Positions 17,016 to 26,369 of a stretch of DNA of 64,000 bases are shown here, one piece after another. The stretch comes from an uncultured delta proteobacterium (GTDB lineage: Bacteria > Desulfobacterota > Desulfobulbia > Desulfobulbales > Desulfocapsaceae). The translations under genes were made by a program, and so were the position numbers. A model generated the notes under the pieces. It did not search any database. It was not told the origin of the DNA and saw nothing but the letters and a program-made list of their open reading frames with translations. The stretch lies in NCBI GenBank assembly GCA_963759125.1, contig CAVWXN010000008.1:156556-220555 (forward strand), written 5' to 3'. The stretch's first letter is position 1; each line of letters starts with the position of its first letter.

Positions 17016-18359
17016 GTGAAAGTACACATGAAGATGAAACCAAGAACCTATTGGGGCGGTGCTGCATTCCTTGCCGTCCTGGCTGTTGCCTTGCCGGCAC
17101 TCGCCGAAGAAGTGAGTGTTGGCGATTCGGTCATTCACCTGGCCTATGCCCTCGACACCTTTTATTTCCTCATGTCCGGAGCCCTGGTCATGTGGATGGC
17201 AGCAGGATTTGCAATGCTTGAAGCGGGTCTCGTTCGCGGCAAGAACACCGTTGAAATTCTGACCAAGAACGTGGCGCTCTATTCGATCGCCTGTATCATG
17301 TATATGGTAGTTGGCTACAACATCATGTACGGTGGCGGCCCTAACGGCGTGATTCCCGGCCTCAGCTTTTTCCTCGGGGCTGACAACTCTGCTGGCGATG
17401 TTCTGAAAAGCGGAGGGGAGATCTATTACTCCGGCATGTCTGATTTCTTCTTTCAGGTTGTTTTTGTAGCCACCGCCATGTCGATCGTTTCCGGTGCCGT
17501 GGCTGAGCGCATGAAGCTCTGGGCATTCCTGATTTTTGCGGTAGTTATGACCGGTTTTATTTACCCGGTTCAGGGCTACTGGAAATGGGGCGGAGGCTTC
17601 CTCGACGCTCTTGGTTTCCTGGATTTTGCCGGATCCGGCGTTGTCCATCTCTGTGGTGCATCGGCAGCAATCGCAGGCGTTCTCCTTCTCGGCGCCCGAA
17701 AAGGTAAATACACCGATGGCAGGGTCAATGCTATACCCGGTGCCAATCTGCCCATGGCAACCCTGGGAACCTTCATTCTCTGGCTGGGCTGGTTTGGCTT
17801 CAACGGCGGCTCCGAGCTGATGATCTCCAATATAGACGAGGCCAATGCCGTTTCCTTGATCTTTGTCAACACCAATACCGCCGCTGCAGGTGGTCTGGTT
17901 GCTGCACTGCTGTTGTCACGGGCCTGGTTCGGCAAGGCTGATCTGACCATGGCTCTGAACGGCGCGCTTGCCGGCCTGGTCGCCATTACCGCTGAGCCTC
18001 TCACCCCGAGTCCACTGCTGTCCACCATCGTCGGCGCAATCGGCGGCCTTATAGTAGTGGCTTCCATCGTCTTCATGGATAAAGCCAAGATTGACGACCC
18101 TGTCGGTGCCATCTCGGTTCACGGAGTGGTCGGTCTCTGGGGACTGCTCGCCGTCTCTTTCACCAATCCTGAAGGCTCACTTGTAGCCCAGGTAATAGGC
18201 GCTGCGGTCATCTTTGGCTGGGTATTCGGCACCAGTTTTGTAACGTGGCTGATAATCAAGGTTGTCATGGGTATTCGGGTCAGCGAAGAAGAAGAAATGG
18301 AAGGCTGCGATGTCTCCGAATGTGGACTTGATGCCTATCCGGAATTCACCAGAGATTGA
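17016..18359 (+). CDS. amtB: ammonium transporter AmtB
   Basis: 447 aa. GTG start with an AGGAGG RBS 7 nt upstream. There is a signal-like N-terminus, 11 TM helices and Amt signature blocks (DFAGSGVVHLCGA, WLGWFGFNGGS). A PII gene follows. Confidence 0.95.
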   Translation: MKVHMKMKPRTYWGGAAFLAVLAVALPALAEEVSVGDSVIHLAYALDTFYFLMSGALVMWMAAGFAMLEAGLVRGKNTVEILTKNVALYSIACIMYMVVGYNIMYGGGPNGVIPGLSFFLGADNSAGDVLKSGGEIYYSGMSDFFFQVVFVATAMSIVSGAVAERMKLWAFLIFAVVMTGFIYPVQGYWKWGGGFLDALGFLDFAGSGVVHLCGASAAIAGVLLLGARKGKYTDGRVNAIPGANLPMATLGTFILWLGWFGFNGGSELMISNIDEANAVSLIFVNTNTAAAGGLVAALLLSRAWFGKADLTMALNGALAGLVAITAEPLTPSPLLSTIVGAIGGLIVVASIVFMDKAKIDDPVGAISVHGVVGLWGLLAVSFTNPEGSLVAQVIGAAVIFGWVFGTSFVTWLIIKVVMGIRVSEEEEMEGCDVSECGLDAYPEFTRD

Positions 18360-18365
18360 TCATAG

Positions 18366-18716
<351 letters not shown>

Positions 18717-18748
18717 CAGTATCTTTGCAACAACCTCCTCCACGAAGT

Positions 18749-18787
18749 GCCCCCTGTCGGTTTCGACCGATGGGGGGTACTTTGTTT
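18749..18787 (+). terminator. intrinsic terminator after glnK
   Basis: CCCCCTGTCGG-TTTCGA-CCGATGGGGGG hairpin followed by TACTTTGTTTT. Confidence 0.8.
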
Positions 18788-18983
18788 TGCCATTTATCTA
18801 GACTCGAGCGAGTTTATCGAAAAACAATAGCCAACCACCTACCAGCTCACCCCAAGGCCCCAGCGGATTTTATTTCGGTAGGGCCTTCTTTTTACTGCTT
18901 GCCTCATCATCGACCGTGCATACCTTGCTAAAGTATCCGGAAAAAAACGCTTTAATCTCACATATAGTCAAGGATTTTCAGCC

Positions 18984-20483
18984 ATGTCCACTCCCTACAG
19001 CCAGCTAGTTGATCACTTCACCAGCCTCTCCCATCTAGCACATTCCCTGACGTTTCTGCAGTGGGATCAACTGGTAATGATGCCGCCCCAGGGAAATGAC
19101 TCCCGTTCGGAGGCCATCGCCGAGTTGAGTTCGCTCTATCATGAACAGCTGATATCTCCTGAATTGGGTGAATTGCTGGCCAAGGCCGAGGCAGATGAGG
19201 TGGATACCGCTCGCCAAGCAAGTCTTAGAGAAATGGATCGCGAATATCGCTGGGCAACCTGCATACCGGCGGACCTGGTCAAGGCCAAATCGCTGGCCGG
19301 TTCAAAATGTGAACATGAGTGGCGCAGCCAGAGGCAGAAAAACGACTGGCCCGGTTTTTTGACAAACTTCAAAGAAGTCGTCAATCTTTCGAGACAGGAA
19401 GCCCAGGCCCGCCAGAATTGCAGCAACGAGAAATTTTCGACTCCTTATGACGCCCTGCTCGATCTCTACTGCACCGGTGACTCAAGCAGCATGATCTCTG
19501 AAATATTCACCAGCCTGAAAACCACCCTGCCACCTCTGATATCAGAAGCAGTGGAAAAACAATCCGGCAGAACACGCGAATTCAAAGGAACCTTTCAGAA
19601 AGAATCCCAGCAGCGGCTCAACAGAGTGCTGGCCGGCCTGCTTGGCTTTGATTTCGAGGCCGGCAGAATCGATGAAAGTTCCCATCCATTCAGCACAGGC
19701 GGCCACGGCGACCACCGAATCACTTCGAGATACCGGGACAACGATTTTGTCGATGCCCTCAAGGCAACTGCCCATGAAACTGGCCATGCCGCCTACGAGG
19801 GAGGGTTGCCGCAGAAATGGAAAAATCTGCCGCTGGGCCAGGCCCGCAATATGTCCATTCACGAGAGCCAGAGCCTGCTGTTTGAAAAACAGATCTTTCT
19901 GTCCAAACCGTTTTTAAAATTTTTCACTCCGGAAATCCATCGACACCTGGACAAAAGCAGATCTTATGACTGTGAACAGATCTGGCTGAACAGCATCAAG
20001 GTAAGTCCCTCATATATAAGGGTGGAAGCCGACGAACTCTGCTATCCTCTGCATGTTATCATCAGATACGAGATCGAGTCGGCCCTGATCAACGGTACGA
20101 TGGAAGCCGCTGAACTGCCTGAGATGTGGGATGAAAAGATGCAGACCTATCTTGGTCTTTCAACTGCAGGAAATTTTAAAGACGGCTGTCTGCAGGATAT
20201 TCATTGGACAGACGGATCTTTCGGCTACTTTCCCGCCTATACGATGGGAGCACTGAACGGAGCCCAGATATTCTCAGCCTTTCGGCGCCAACATAAGAAC
20301 TGGCAGGATCTTCTGGGAAATGGTGAAATCTCCACAATCCGCAACTGGCTGGAGGAAAGAATCTGGTCCAAAGGTCGATTGCTCTCCTCGCAGGAACTAA
20401 TGCAGTCTGCCACCGGCGAACCTACCAATCCCGACTATTTCATCGACTATTTGCAAGAGCGTTATCTGGAAGAGAAGTATTAA
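18984..20483 (+). CDS. M32 carboxypeptidase (carboxypeptidase Taq family)
   Basis: 499 aa. The motifs HPFS, HETGHAAYE (HExxH), HESQS and IRVEADELCYPLH are diagnostic for the M32 family. Confidence 0.9.
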   Translation: MSTPYSQLVDHFTSLSHLAHSLTFLQWDQLVMMPPQGNDSRSEAIAELSSLYHEQLISPELGELLAKAEADEVDTARQASLREMDREYRWATCIPADLVKAKSLAGSKCEHEWRSQRQKNDWPGFLTNFKEVVNLSRQEAQARQNCSNEKFSTPYDALLDLYCTGDSSSMISEIFTSLKTTLPPLISEAVEKQSGRTREFKGTFQKESQQRLNRVLAGLLGFDFEAGRIDESSHPFSTGGHGDHRITSRYRDNDFVDALKATAHETGHAAYEGGLPQKWKNLPLGQARNMSIHESQSLLFEKQIFLSKPFLKFFTPEIHRHLDKSRSYDCEQIWLNSIKVSPSYIRVEADELCYPLHVIIRYEIESALINGTMEAAELPEMWDEKMQTYLGLSTAGNFKDGCLQDIHWTDGSFGYFPAYTMGALNGAQIFSAFRRQHKNWQDLLGNGEISTIRNWLEERIWSKGRLLSSQELMQSATGEPTNPDYFIDYLQERYLEEKY

Positions 20484-20484
20484 T

Positions 20485-21132
20485 TCAATTCCCGCCTTTT
20501 CTCATCATCGTTTCAGTCAGCAGATTCAACAGTACGCCATAGGCGGGCAGAAAGAGCAGCATACTCACCACAATCTTGAAACAATAATCCACCGCCGCTA
20601 TTTCAGGCCAGTGCAGTGCCATAAACGCATCTGAGCTGGCCCAAAAGGCAATCGAGTAAAACAGTATAGTATCGACCAGGTTTCCAACTATGGTTGAAGC
20701 GGCGGGGGCAACCCACCAACTCCGGTGTTCTCTGAGACGGGAAAAAACCTTTACATCCAGAAGCTGCCCAGCCAGATAGGCGATAAAGCTGGCAAAGGCG
20801 ATTCTGAAAACGAACAAGTTGAAAACGGCCAGTACTCCAAGCCCCTGAAAATGTCCTTCAAAAAAAAGAATCGACATCAGATAGGAAATGAGCAGGGCAG
20901 GAATCATGGTCAGAAAAATAATCTTTCTGGCCGGCCCCTTGCCGAAGATTCTGACGGTAAGATCCGTGGCAAGGTAGACGAGCGGAAAACTGAAGGTGCC
21001 CCAGGTCGTATGAAGTCCGAGAACCTGAAATGGAATCTGAACCAGATAGTTGCTGGCTGCGATGACGACCACGTGAAAAGAGACGAGAACTGCCAGAGCC
21101 CGGCTGAGCTGTACATCGGTGAATGAAGACAT
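20485..21132 (-). CDS. yhhQ: queuosine-precursor (preQ0/preQ1) transporter YhhQ/DUF165 family
   Basis: Start is chosen at ATG 21132 (MSSFTDVQLSRALAVLVSFHVVVIAASNYLVQIPF...), immediately downstream of the preQ1-I riboswitch and its SD. The protein is polytopic, with the YhhQ-type blocks ...TWGTFSFPLVYLATDLTVRIFG.... Confidence 0.85.
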   Translation of the reverse strand: MSSFTDVQLSRALAVLVSFHVVVIAASNYLVQIPFQVLGLHTTWGTFSFPLVYLATDLTVRIFGKGPARKIIFLTMIPALLISYLMSILFFEGHFQGLGVLAVFNLFVFRIAFASFIAYLAGQLLDVKVFSRLREHRSWWVAPAASTIVGNLVDTILFYSIAFWASSDAFMALHWPEIAAVDYCFKIVVSMLLFLPAYGVLLNLLTETMMRKGGN

Positions 21133-21139
21133 GAAACAA

Positions 21140-21171
21140 TCCTTTTTGTTATTCGGGGTGAGGGAACCCGA
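21140..21171 (-). promoter_or_regulatory. preQ1-I riboswitch (translational; overlaps the yhhQ Shine-Dalgarno)
   Basis: Minus-strand RNA is UCGGGUUCCCUCACCCCGAAUAACAAAAAGGA followed by UUGUUUC-AUG. Compare the Thermoanaerobacter preQ1-I aptamer as recalled, CUGGGUCGCAGUAACCCCAGUUAACAAAACAAGG. Shared features are a 4-5 bp P1 (CGGG/CCCG), a C-containing loop, an A-rich tail, and a 3' AGG able to pair with loop CCU (P2 pseudoknot). YhhQ genes are a known preQ1-riboswitch target. Confidence 0.75.
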
Positions 21172-21272
21172 GTCAATCGAACTCACTTTATGATCGCCAA
21201 AGGCAGCACCTTATACAACAAAAGCTGAGGGTCGGCAACGATAATCCCTTTTAAGCTGCATCAAGACATAGC

Positions 21273-21314
21273 AAAAATAATACAGGCCGCACTGACCTGA
21301 GTCAGAGCGGCCTG
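21273..21314 (-). terminator. intrinsic terminator after the arylsulfatase gene
   Basis: Minus-strand hairpin CAGGCCGCUCUGAC-UCAG-GUCAGUGCGGCCUG followed by UAUUAUUUUU. Confidence 0.8.
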
Positions 21315-21345
21315 TTGATTTGGAACAGACATGTTCGAAAAAATC

Positions 21346-22896
21346 TTACTTGGAGCCTCCGCCCCCCTCGGAAAGTTTTTCCATAACCTGGCTGAGATTG
21401 AAGCTGGCGGCTTTCTGGCTGGGCGGAAATTCCTTGAAAGTCTCGAGAAATTTGGCCACATAGGCCTGAGCCGGCACCAGCAGATAGGGCCGGTCGAGAA
21501 ACCAGTCGTCATAGGTATTGGAGGTTACCATACCGCGCTCGTAAGGGTCGCGGCGCAGGTTTATCAGCAGTGGAATACGCAGCGTAACAAACGGTTCGCG
21601 CCAGGCCTGAAAAGTGGCCTCGGCCCGCTGCTCCATGAAAATGACCTTCCAGTCCATATAGCGCAGCGCGGTCAGGTCGCCGTCGTCGGAGAAGTAAAAG
21701 ATGTCCTTGCGCGGCCCTGATTCCTCCTGGCCGGTGAGATAGGGCAGCAAGTTATAGCCGTCCAGATGGACCTTGTAGGTCCGATTGATGGCTGAGACGC
21801 CGCCCTGTTTCAACTGATCTTTGATATCTGGCGCACCGGCAGCGGCCAGAAAAGTTGGCAGCCAGTCCATATGGTGCATTATCTCATTGGACCAGGTTCC
21901 CTGCTCTATTTTTCCAGGCCAGCGCACCATGGCCGGCACCCGCCAGCCGCCTTCCCAGTTGGTGTTTTTCTCGCCCCGAAACGGCGTCATTGCGGCATCG
22001 GGCCAGGTGTTCATATGGGGGCCGTTATCGGTTGAATAGAAGACGATGGTGTTGTCGGCGATGCCAAGTTCATCCAGAGCCTCGAGGAATTTGCCGATGT
22101 GCATGTCATGCTCCACCATGCCGTCTGAATACTCGTCCTGGCCGGAAATCCCCCGCAATTCCTCTTTCACATGGGTGCGAAAATGCATGCGGGTACCGCT
22201 CCACCAGACAAAGAATGGCTTATCAGCCTGAACCTGGCGCTGGATAAAATCAAGGGCCGCGTCCGAGGTTTCATCATCGACCGTCTCCATCCGCTTCTTC
22301 GTCAATGGGCCGGTGTCTTCGATACGTCCGTCGGCATATGAGTGAATGACCCCACGGGGGCCGAACCGTTTGCGAAATTCCGGATTCTTAGGATAGTCTT
22401 CGTTTTCCGGCTCCTCCTCTGCATTGAGGTGGTAGAGGTTGCCGAAAAATTCGTCGAAGCCATGATTGGTCGGCAGGTGCTCATCCTTGTCGCCCAAATG
22501 GTTTTTACCGAACTGGCCCGTGGCATAGCCCTGGGCTTTGAGCAGCCCGGCGATGGTCGGGTTCGCCTCCTGCATACCTTCTTCGGCACCCGGCAGACCT
22601 ACCTTTGAGAGACCCGTTCGAAACACAGACTGGCCCGTGATAAAGCTCGAACGACCGGCGGTGCAGCTCTGCTCGCCGTAATAATCGGTAAAAGTCATGC
22701 CCTCTTCGGCAATCCGGTCGATGTTCGGGGTCTTGTATCCCATCAGGCCGTGGGTGTAATAACTGATGTTGGACTGGCCGATATCATCACCCCAGACGAC
22801 CAGGATATTGGGTTTATCGGCACTGAGTGCTGGCGCGGCAGCCGCCAGCGCCAAGGCAGTCGTCAGCACTAATAAACGTTTATGAACATTTATCAT
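21346..22896 (-). CDS. arylsulfatase (formylglycine-dependent sulfatase family), secreted
   Basis: 516 aa. Signal peptide is MINVHKRLLVLTTALALAAAAPALSA. Sequence NILVVWGDDIG...QSCTAGRSSFITG contains the C-x-A-x-R formylglycine motif. Confidence 0.9.
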   Translation of the reverse strand: MINVHKRLLVLTTALALAAAAPALSADKPNILVVWGDDIGQSNISYYTHGLMGYKTPNIDRIAEEGMTFTDYYGEQSCTAGRSSFITGQSVFRTGLSKVGLPGAEEGMQEANPTIAGLLKAQGYATGQFGKNHLGDKDEHLPTNHGFDEFFGNLYHLNAEEEPENEDYPKNPEFRKRFGPRGVIHSYADGRIEDTGPLTKKRMETVDDETSDAALDFIQRQVQADKPFFVWWSGTRMHFRTHVKEELRGISGQDEYSDGMVEHDMHIGKFLEALDELGIADNTIVFYSTDNGPHMNTWPDAAMTPFRGEKNTNWEGGWRVPAMVRWPGKIEQGTWSNEIMHHMDWLPTFLAAAGAPDIKDQLKQGGVSAINRTYKVHLDGYNLLPYLTGQEESGPRKDIFYFSDDGDLTALRYMDWKVIFMEQRAEATFQAWREPFVTLRIPLLINLRRDPYERGMVTSNTYDDWFLDRPYLLVPAQAYVAKFLETFKEFPPSQKAASFNLSQVMEKLSEGGGGSK

Positions 22897-23168
22897 GGTT
22901 CCTCCTTTTCAAGATTGAAATAGTTAGATGCAGGGGACAGATAATCCCCCTCAAATGTCAAATATGTGTGGAAAAAAGAAGAAGTCAATCGGTGAGTAGA
23001 AAAAACTCAAAGAAACCGTGAAATACCCTAAAAATGACAAGGGATATAAATTTTACCTAACGACATAAGTTCAAGACGCTTAATCGGGCAAGGATGGCGA
23101 GTAGCCGGGGGAGCAGCCTTGCAGCACTGTGAGCGTGCAACGCAGCGAGTGGCGCAGCCGTGCCTGTT

Positions 23169-23454
23169 AACCACGGTGGCACCGCCGGCATTGGTGAGAC
23201 GGGCCGATTTCTCAAAACTGGTCCCCTCTTCAGCCGAACTTACAACTTGAATCTCACCCTGCATTCACTGCGACATTTGCTCCAAAACCTACCCGCTGGC
23301 GTTGATCCCGGAACGTAGCGGGGGTTGCTCCGCCTCTTGCTGGAACTGTGGCGGATGTGTTGACAATTGTCCCACCGAGGCCCTTGTGTTTCACCGGGAC
23401 TCCAGCCGTTACCCTTGGGTAACACCTCCTCCCCAGATCGTTACCAATCAGTAA
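23169..23454 (+). pseudogene. decayed small 2x[4Fe-4S] ferredoxin-like gene (pyruvate:ferredoxin oxidoreductase delta-subunit-like), no start codon, frameshifted
   Basis: One frame reads ISPCIHCDICSKTYPLALIPERSGGCSASCWNCGGCVDNCPTEALVFHRD...*. The first cluster motif has lost its fourth Cys (C..C..C...YP), while the second is intact (C..C..C...CP). A different upstream frame reads GIGETGRFLKTGPLFSRT, resembling the PorD N-terminal KTG.WR block. No ATG/GTG with an RBS is present. Confidence 0.4.
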
Positions 23455-23577
23455 CTCTTCTTGTAGCATAACCACACATCACTTTGATATTATTGTACAT
23501 ATTTATTTGGAATCATATTTGCAAGATTTTACCAGATCTGCTCTTTCACCGCTCACACTGACAGGCAAGGAGGGCTC

Positions 23578-24144
23578 ATGCACCAGGAGTCTAAGCAAAA
23601 ATACTACGCCCATCTGATCCGGCTGATCATCGCCCTGGTGGTCGTGATCCTTATCGGCCTGGGGGCCAGACTGCTGTTTATGCCGGAGGGCATGGGAGAT
23701 TATGGCCACTACCGTGGAGCCGATATCACTGATCAGAAAGCGGTACCGGTTCGCCTGGGTACCAACGAGGCCTGTTTTCAATGCCATCAACCGATCAGGA
23801 CCATTCATAAAAACGGGGTGCATAAAACGGTATCTTGTGAGGTCTGCCATGGACTCTACGGTGATCATATCGCCGAGGGCAAGAAAGTCGGTACCCTGCC
23901 AGTGATGCGGGGCGACGATCTTAAGGATCTGTGCCTGCGCTGTCACAACAAGATAATTACCGCCCGCCCACGCCAGGAAATCAAAGTAATAGGAATGCCG
24001 GAACACCTTCAGGATCAGCATGTACAGCTGACCCACACCTGCGATCAGTGTCACATGGTTCACGACCCGCTGCTGTGGATCAACCAGGCCAAGGAGATTG
24101 TTGGTGTAGCCACGGTGAAACCACTCAAGGATTCCTCACCGTGA
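23578..24144 (+). CDS. membrane-anchored tetraheme c-type cytochrome
   Basis: 188 aa with RBS AAGGAGGG. There is one N-terminal TM helix (LIRLIIALVVVILIGLGARLLF) and four CxxCH motifs (CFQCH, CEVCH, CLRCH, CDQCH). Confidence 0.85.
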   Translation: MHQESKQKYYAHLIRLIIALVVVILIGLGARLLFMPEGMGDYGHYRGADITDQKAVPVRLGTNEACFQCHQPIRTIHKNGVHKTVSCEVCHGLYGDHIAEGKKVGTLPVMRGDDLKDLCLRCHNKIITARPRQEIKVIGMPEHLQDQHVQLTHTCDQCHMVHDPLLWINQAKEIVGVATVKPLKDSSP

Positions 24145-24200
24145 TTTGCTGAGGTGAGAGGCAACCCATATCTGATGCCCGCTGAAAAGGAGAGGCAAGC

Positions 24201-24992
24201 ATGGTGGATTTAGAAAAAGAGATCAGTCTTGATCGGCGCCAGTTTATAAAGAACGTGCTGGGCGGTACCATCGCCGGTTCCCTGCTTCTGGTCATCCCGC
24301 TCAGCGCCAGGGAGTTGGAACAGATACCAGGAATGAAAGACGAGGACAGCATCTTCACCGAGAAAAACTTTGTCTTCGTCGTTGATATCACCGCCTGCAT
24401 CGGCTGTGGGTCCTGCTGCATCGCCGATAAAGCCGAATACAAGGTTCCCGACGGCTACTACAGAACCTGGGTCGAGCGCTACATCATCGACGACCACGAC
24501 GGTGTTCATGTGGATTCACCAGACGGAGGGCTCGGCGGTTACACTAAGCCTCGCGAGGGACTGCCACATCCGATCAGGGACACCTTTTTTGTCCCCAAAC
24601 TCTGCAATATGTGTGAAAAGCCAAGTTGCGTGCAAGTCTGTCCGGTAGGCGCCACCTATCAGACCAAGGACGGTTTTGTGCTGGTCGATAAGACGCGCTG
24701 TGTCGGCTGTTCCTATTGTGTGCAGGCCTGTCCCTATTCGATTCGTTTCATCAACCCGATTAGCCATACGGCAGAAAAATGCACCTGGTGCTACCACCGT
24801 GTCCGCCAGGGTCTGCTTCCCGCTTGCGTGGCCGTGTGCCCAACCGGCGCTCGCAAGTTCGGCGATCTCGATGATCCGCAATCAGAGGTGGCCCAGCTCC
24901 TGCGCCAGCCCCATGTAATCTCGGTACTGAAACCCGATATGGGTAACGAGCCGGCCCTTCATTACCTGGGCCTTAGAAGGGAGGTCGTCTAA
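24201..24992 (+). CDS. Tat-exported 4x[4Fe-4S] iron-sulfur subunit, NrfC/PsrB/DmsB type
   Basis: 263 aa. The twin-arginine motif is DRRQFIKNVLGG. There are four Cys clusters (CIGCGSCC, CNMCEKPSCVQVCP, CVGCSYCVQACP, CTWCYHRV...CVAVCP). Confidence 0.9.
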   Translation: MVDLEKEISLDRRQFIKNVLGGTIAGSLLLVIPLSARELEQIPGMKDEDSIFTEKNFVFVVDITACIGCGSCCIADKAEYKVPDGYYRTWVERYIIDDHDGVHVDSPDGGLGGYTKPREGLPHPIRDTFFVPKLCNMCEKPSCVQVCPVGATYQTKDGFVLVDKTRCVGCSYCVQACPYSIRFINPISHTAEKCTWCYHRVRQGLLPACVAVCPTGARKFGDLDDPQSEVAQLLRQPHVISVLKPDMGNEPALHYLGLRREVV

Positions 24993-26212
24993 TGAATGGT
25001 GCTATCCAACATGGCGATACCGTCTCGTCTCTGACCAACTACGTATTTCCCAACGATTTTCACGTACACTGGTCGCTGATGATCGTGCTTTACCCCTATA
25101 TCACCGGCATTGTCGCGGGAGCATTCATCGTTTCATCGCTCTATCATGTATTCGGCATCAAGGCCTTGAGACCCATCTCCCGCTATTCCCTGATATTCGC
25201 CCTGGCCTTTCTGGCCTGCGCCACCTGGCCGCTGCTCCTTCACCTCGGCCACCCGGAGCGCTCATACTCGATGTTTCTGACCCCCAACCCTAGTTCTGCA
25301 ATGGCCGGGTTCGGTTTTATCTACACGGCCTATCTCATCCTGCTTTTACACGAGATCCTGTTCATCTACCGGCCGACGATGGTCGGCTTGTGGCACGAAT
25401 CTTCGGGCTTGAAGAGAAGGTTCTATGCCTTTCTCGCTTTTTTCAACGACAATCTTTCCAAAGAAGCACTGACCCTCGATAACCGCATCATCAGCTTTCT
25501 CGCCGGGCTCGGCATACCGATGGCCTGTGTCCTGCACGGCTATGTCGGTTTCATCTTCGGAGGCGTTAAGGCCAACCCATTATGGGCCACTCCACTCATG
25601 CCGGTTATCTTCCTGCTCTCAGCCTGCGTATCCGGGATTTCCGGTATCATTCTCACCTACGTCCTGATCATGAAGTTCAAGGGCAAACCAGTTGATATGG
25701 ACTGCATACGCACTTCAATCAAGTTCCTCTGGGGCTTTTTCATCCTCGATTTCGTCTTCGAGATGCTCGAGGTGTTCAGTCACGCCTACATGGCGACACA
25801 CCACTGGCATGTCCTGGAAAACCTCTATTGGGGACCGCTCTATACCACTTACTGGGTCCTCCAGGTAAGAATCTTTTCAGTCATACCTTTCATTCTGCTC
25901 GGCATCCTCTGTCTGTTCAAACTCAAAGACAGGGTTGTACTGTTTTTTGCCCCGCTCGTATCGCTGATGATCCTTATCCAAGTGCTGCTGATGCGCTGGA
26001 ACGTGGTTATCGGCGGGCAACTGATGTCCAACTCAACCAGGGGACAGGTGTCCTTTGTGCCCCATTGGGAAGGCCGTGAAGGGATAATCGCAGCGCTCGT
26101 GGTGATGACCGCCCCCTGGGTCATTTTATTTATACTCAGTAAAATTTTTCCCCTGTGGCTCGACGACCAGCCGGCCGACCAGCAAGTGTCGGAGGCTTCA
26201 GCCCCAACTTGA
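24992..26212 (+). CDS. NrfD/PsrC-family integral membrane quinol-interacting subunit
   Basis: 406 aa. The start overlaps the stop of the FeS subunit (TAATG). It has about 10 predicted TM helices and follows an NrfC-like gene, as in the NrfCD/PsrBC/ActBC/DsrOP modules. Confidence 0.85.
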   Translation: MNGAIQHGDTVSSLTNYVFPNDFHVHWSLMIVLYPYITGIVAGAFIVSSLYHVFGIKALRPISRYSLIFALAFLACATWPLLLHLGHPERSYSMFLTPNPSSAMAGFGFIYTAYLILLLHEILFIYRPTMVGLWHESSGLKRRFYAFLAFFNDNLSKEALTLDNRIISFLAGLGIPMACVLHGYVGFIFGGVKANPLWATPLMPVIFLLSACVSGISGIILTYVLIMKFKGKPVDMDCIRTSIKFLWGFFILDFVFEMLEVFSHAYMATHHWHVLENLYWGPLYTTYWVLQVRIFSVIPFILLGILCLFKLKDRVVLFFAPLVSLMILIQVLLMRWNVVIGGQLMSNSTRGQVSFVPHWEGREGIIAALVVMTAPWVILFILSKIFPLWLDDQPADQQVSEASAPT

Positions 26213-26369
26213 TAAGAGTAACGAGGAGGATGGGACAACCATTCTATATAAGAGTAAGGGCGCCCTGCAGATGTATTAAAGACAAGGAGGTGATGACGTA
26301 CTAAAAGATCTTGGGCTGCCAATTTGTTTTATCACCCAAAAGAATTTAAACAATTGACTGGAGGAGAAG

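Noticed and set aside
23040-23250. GC-rich structured-looking segment considered as a Moco or cobalamin riboswitch ahead of the cytochrome/FeS operon.
   Set aside because: It has no recognisable conserved riboswitch core. The segment is better explained as debris of a ferredoxin/PorD-like coding sequence.
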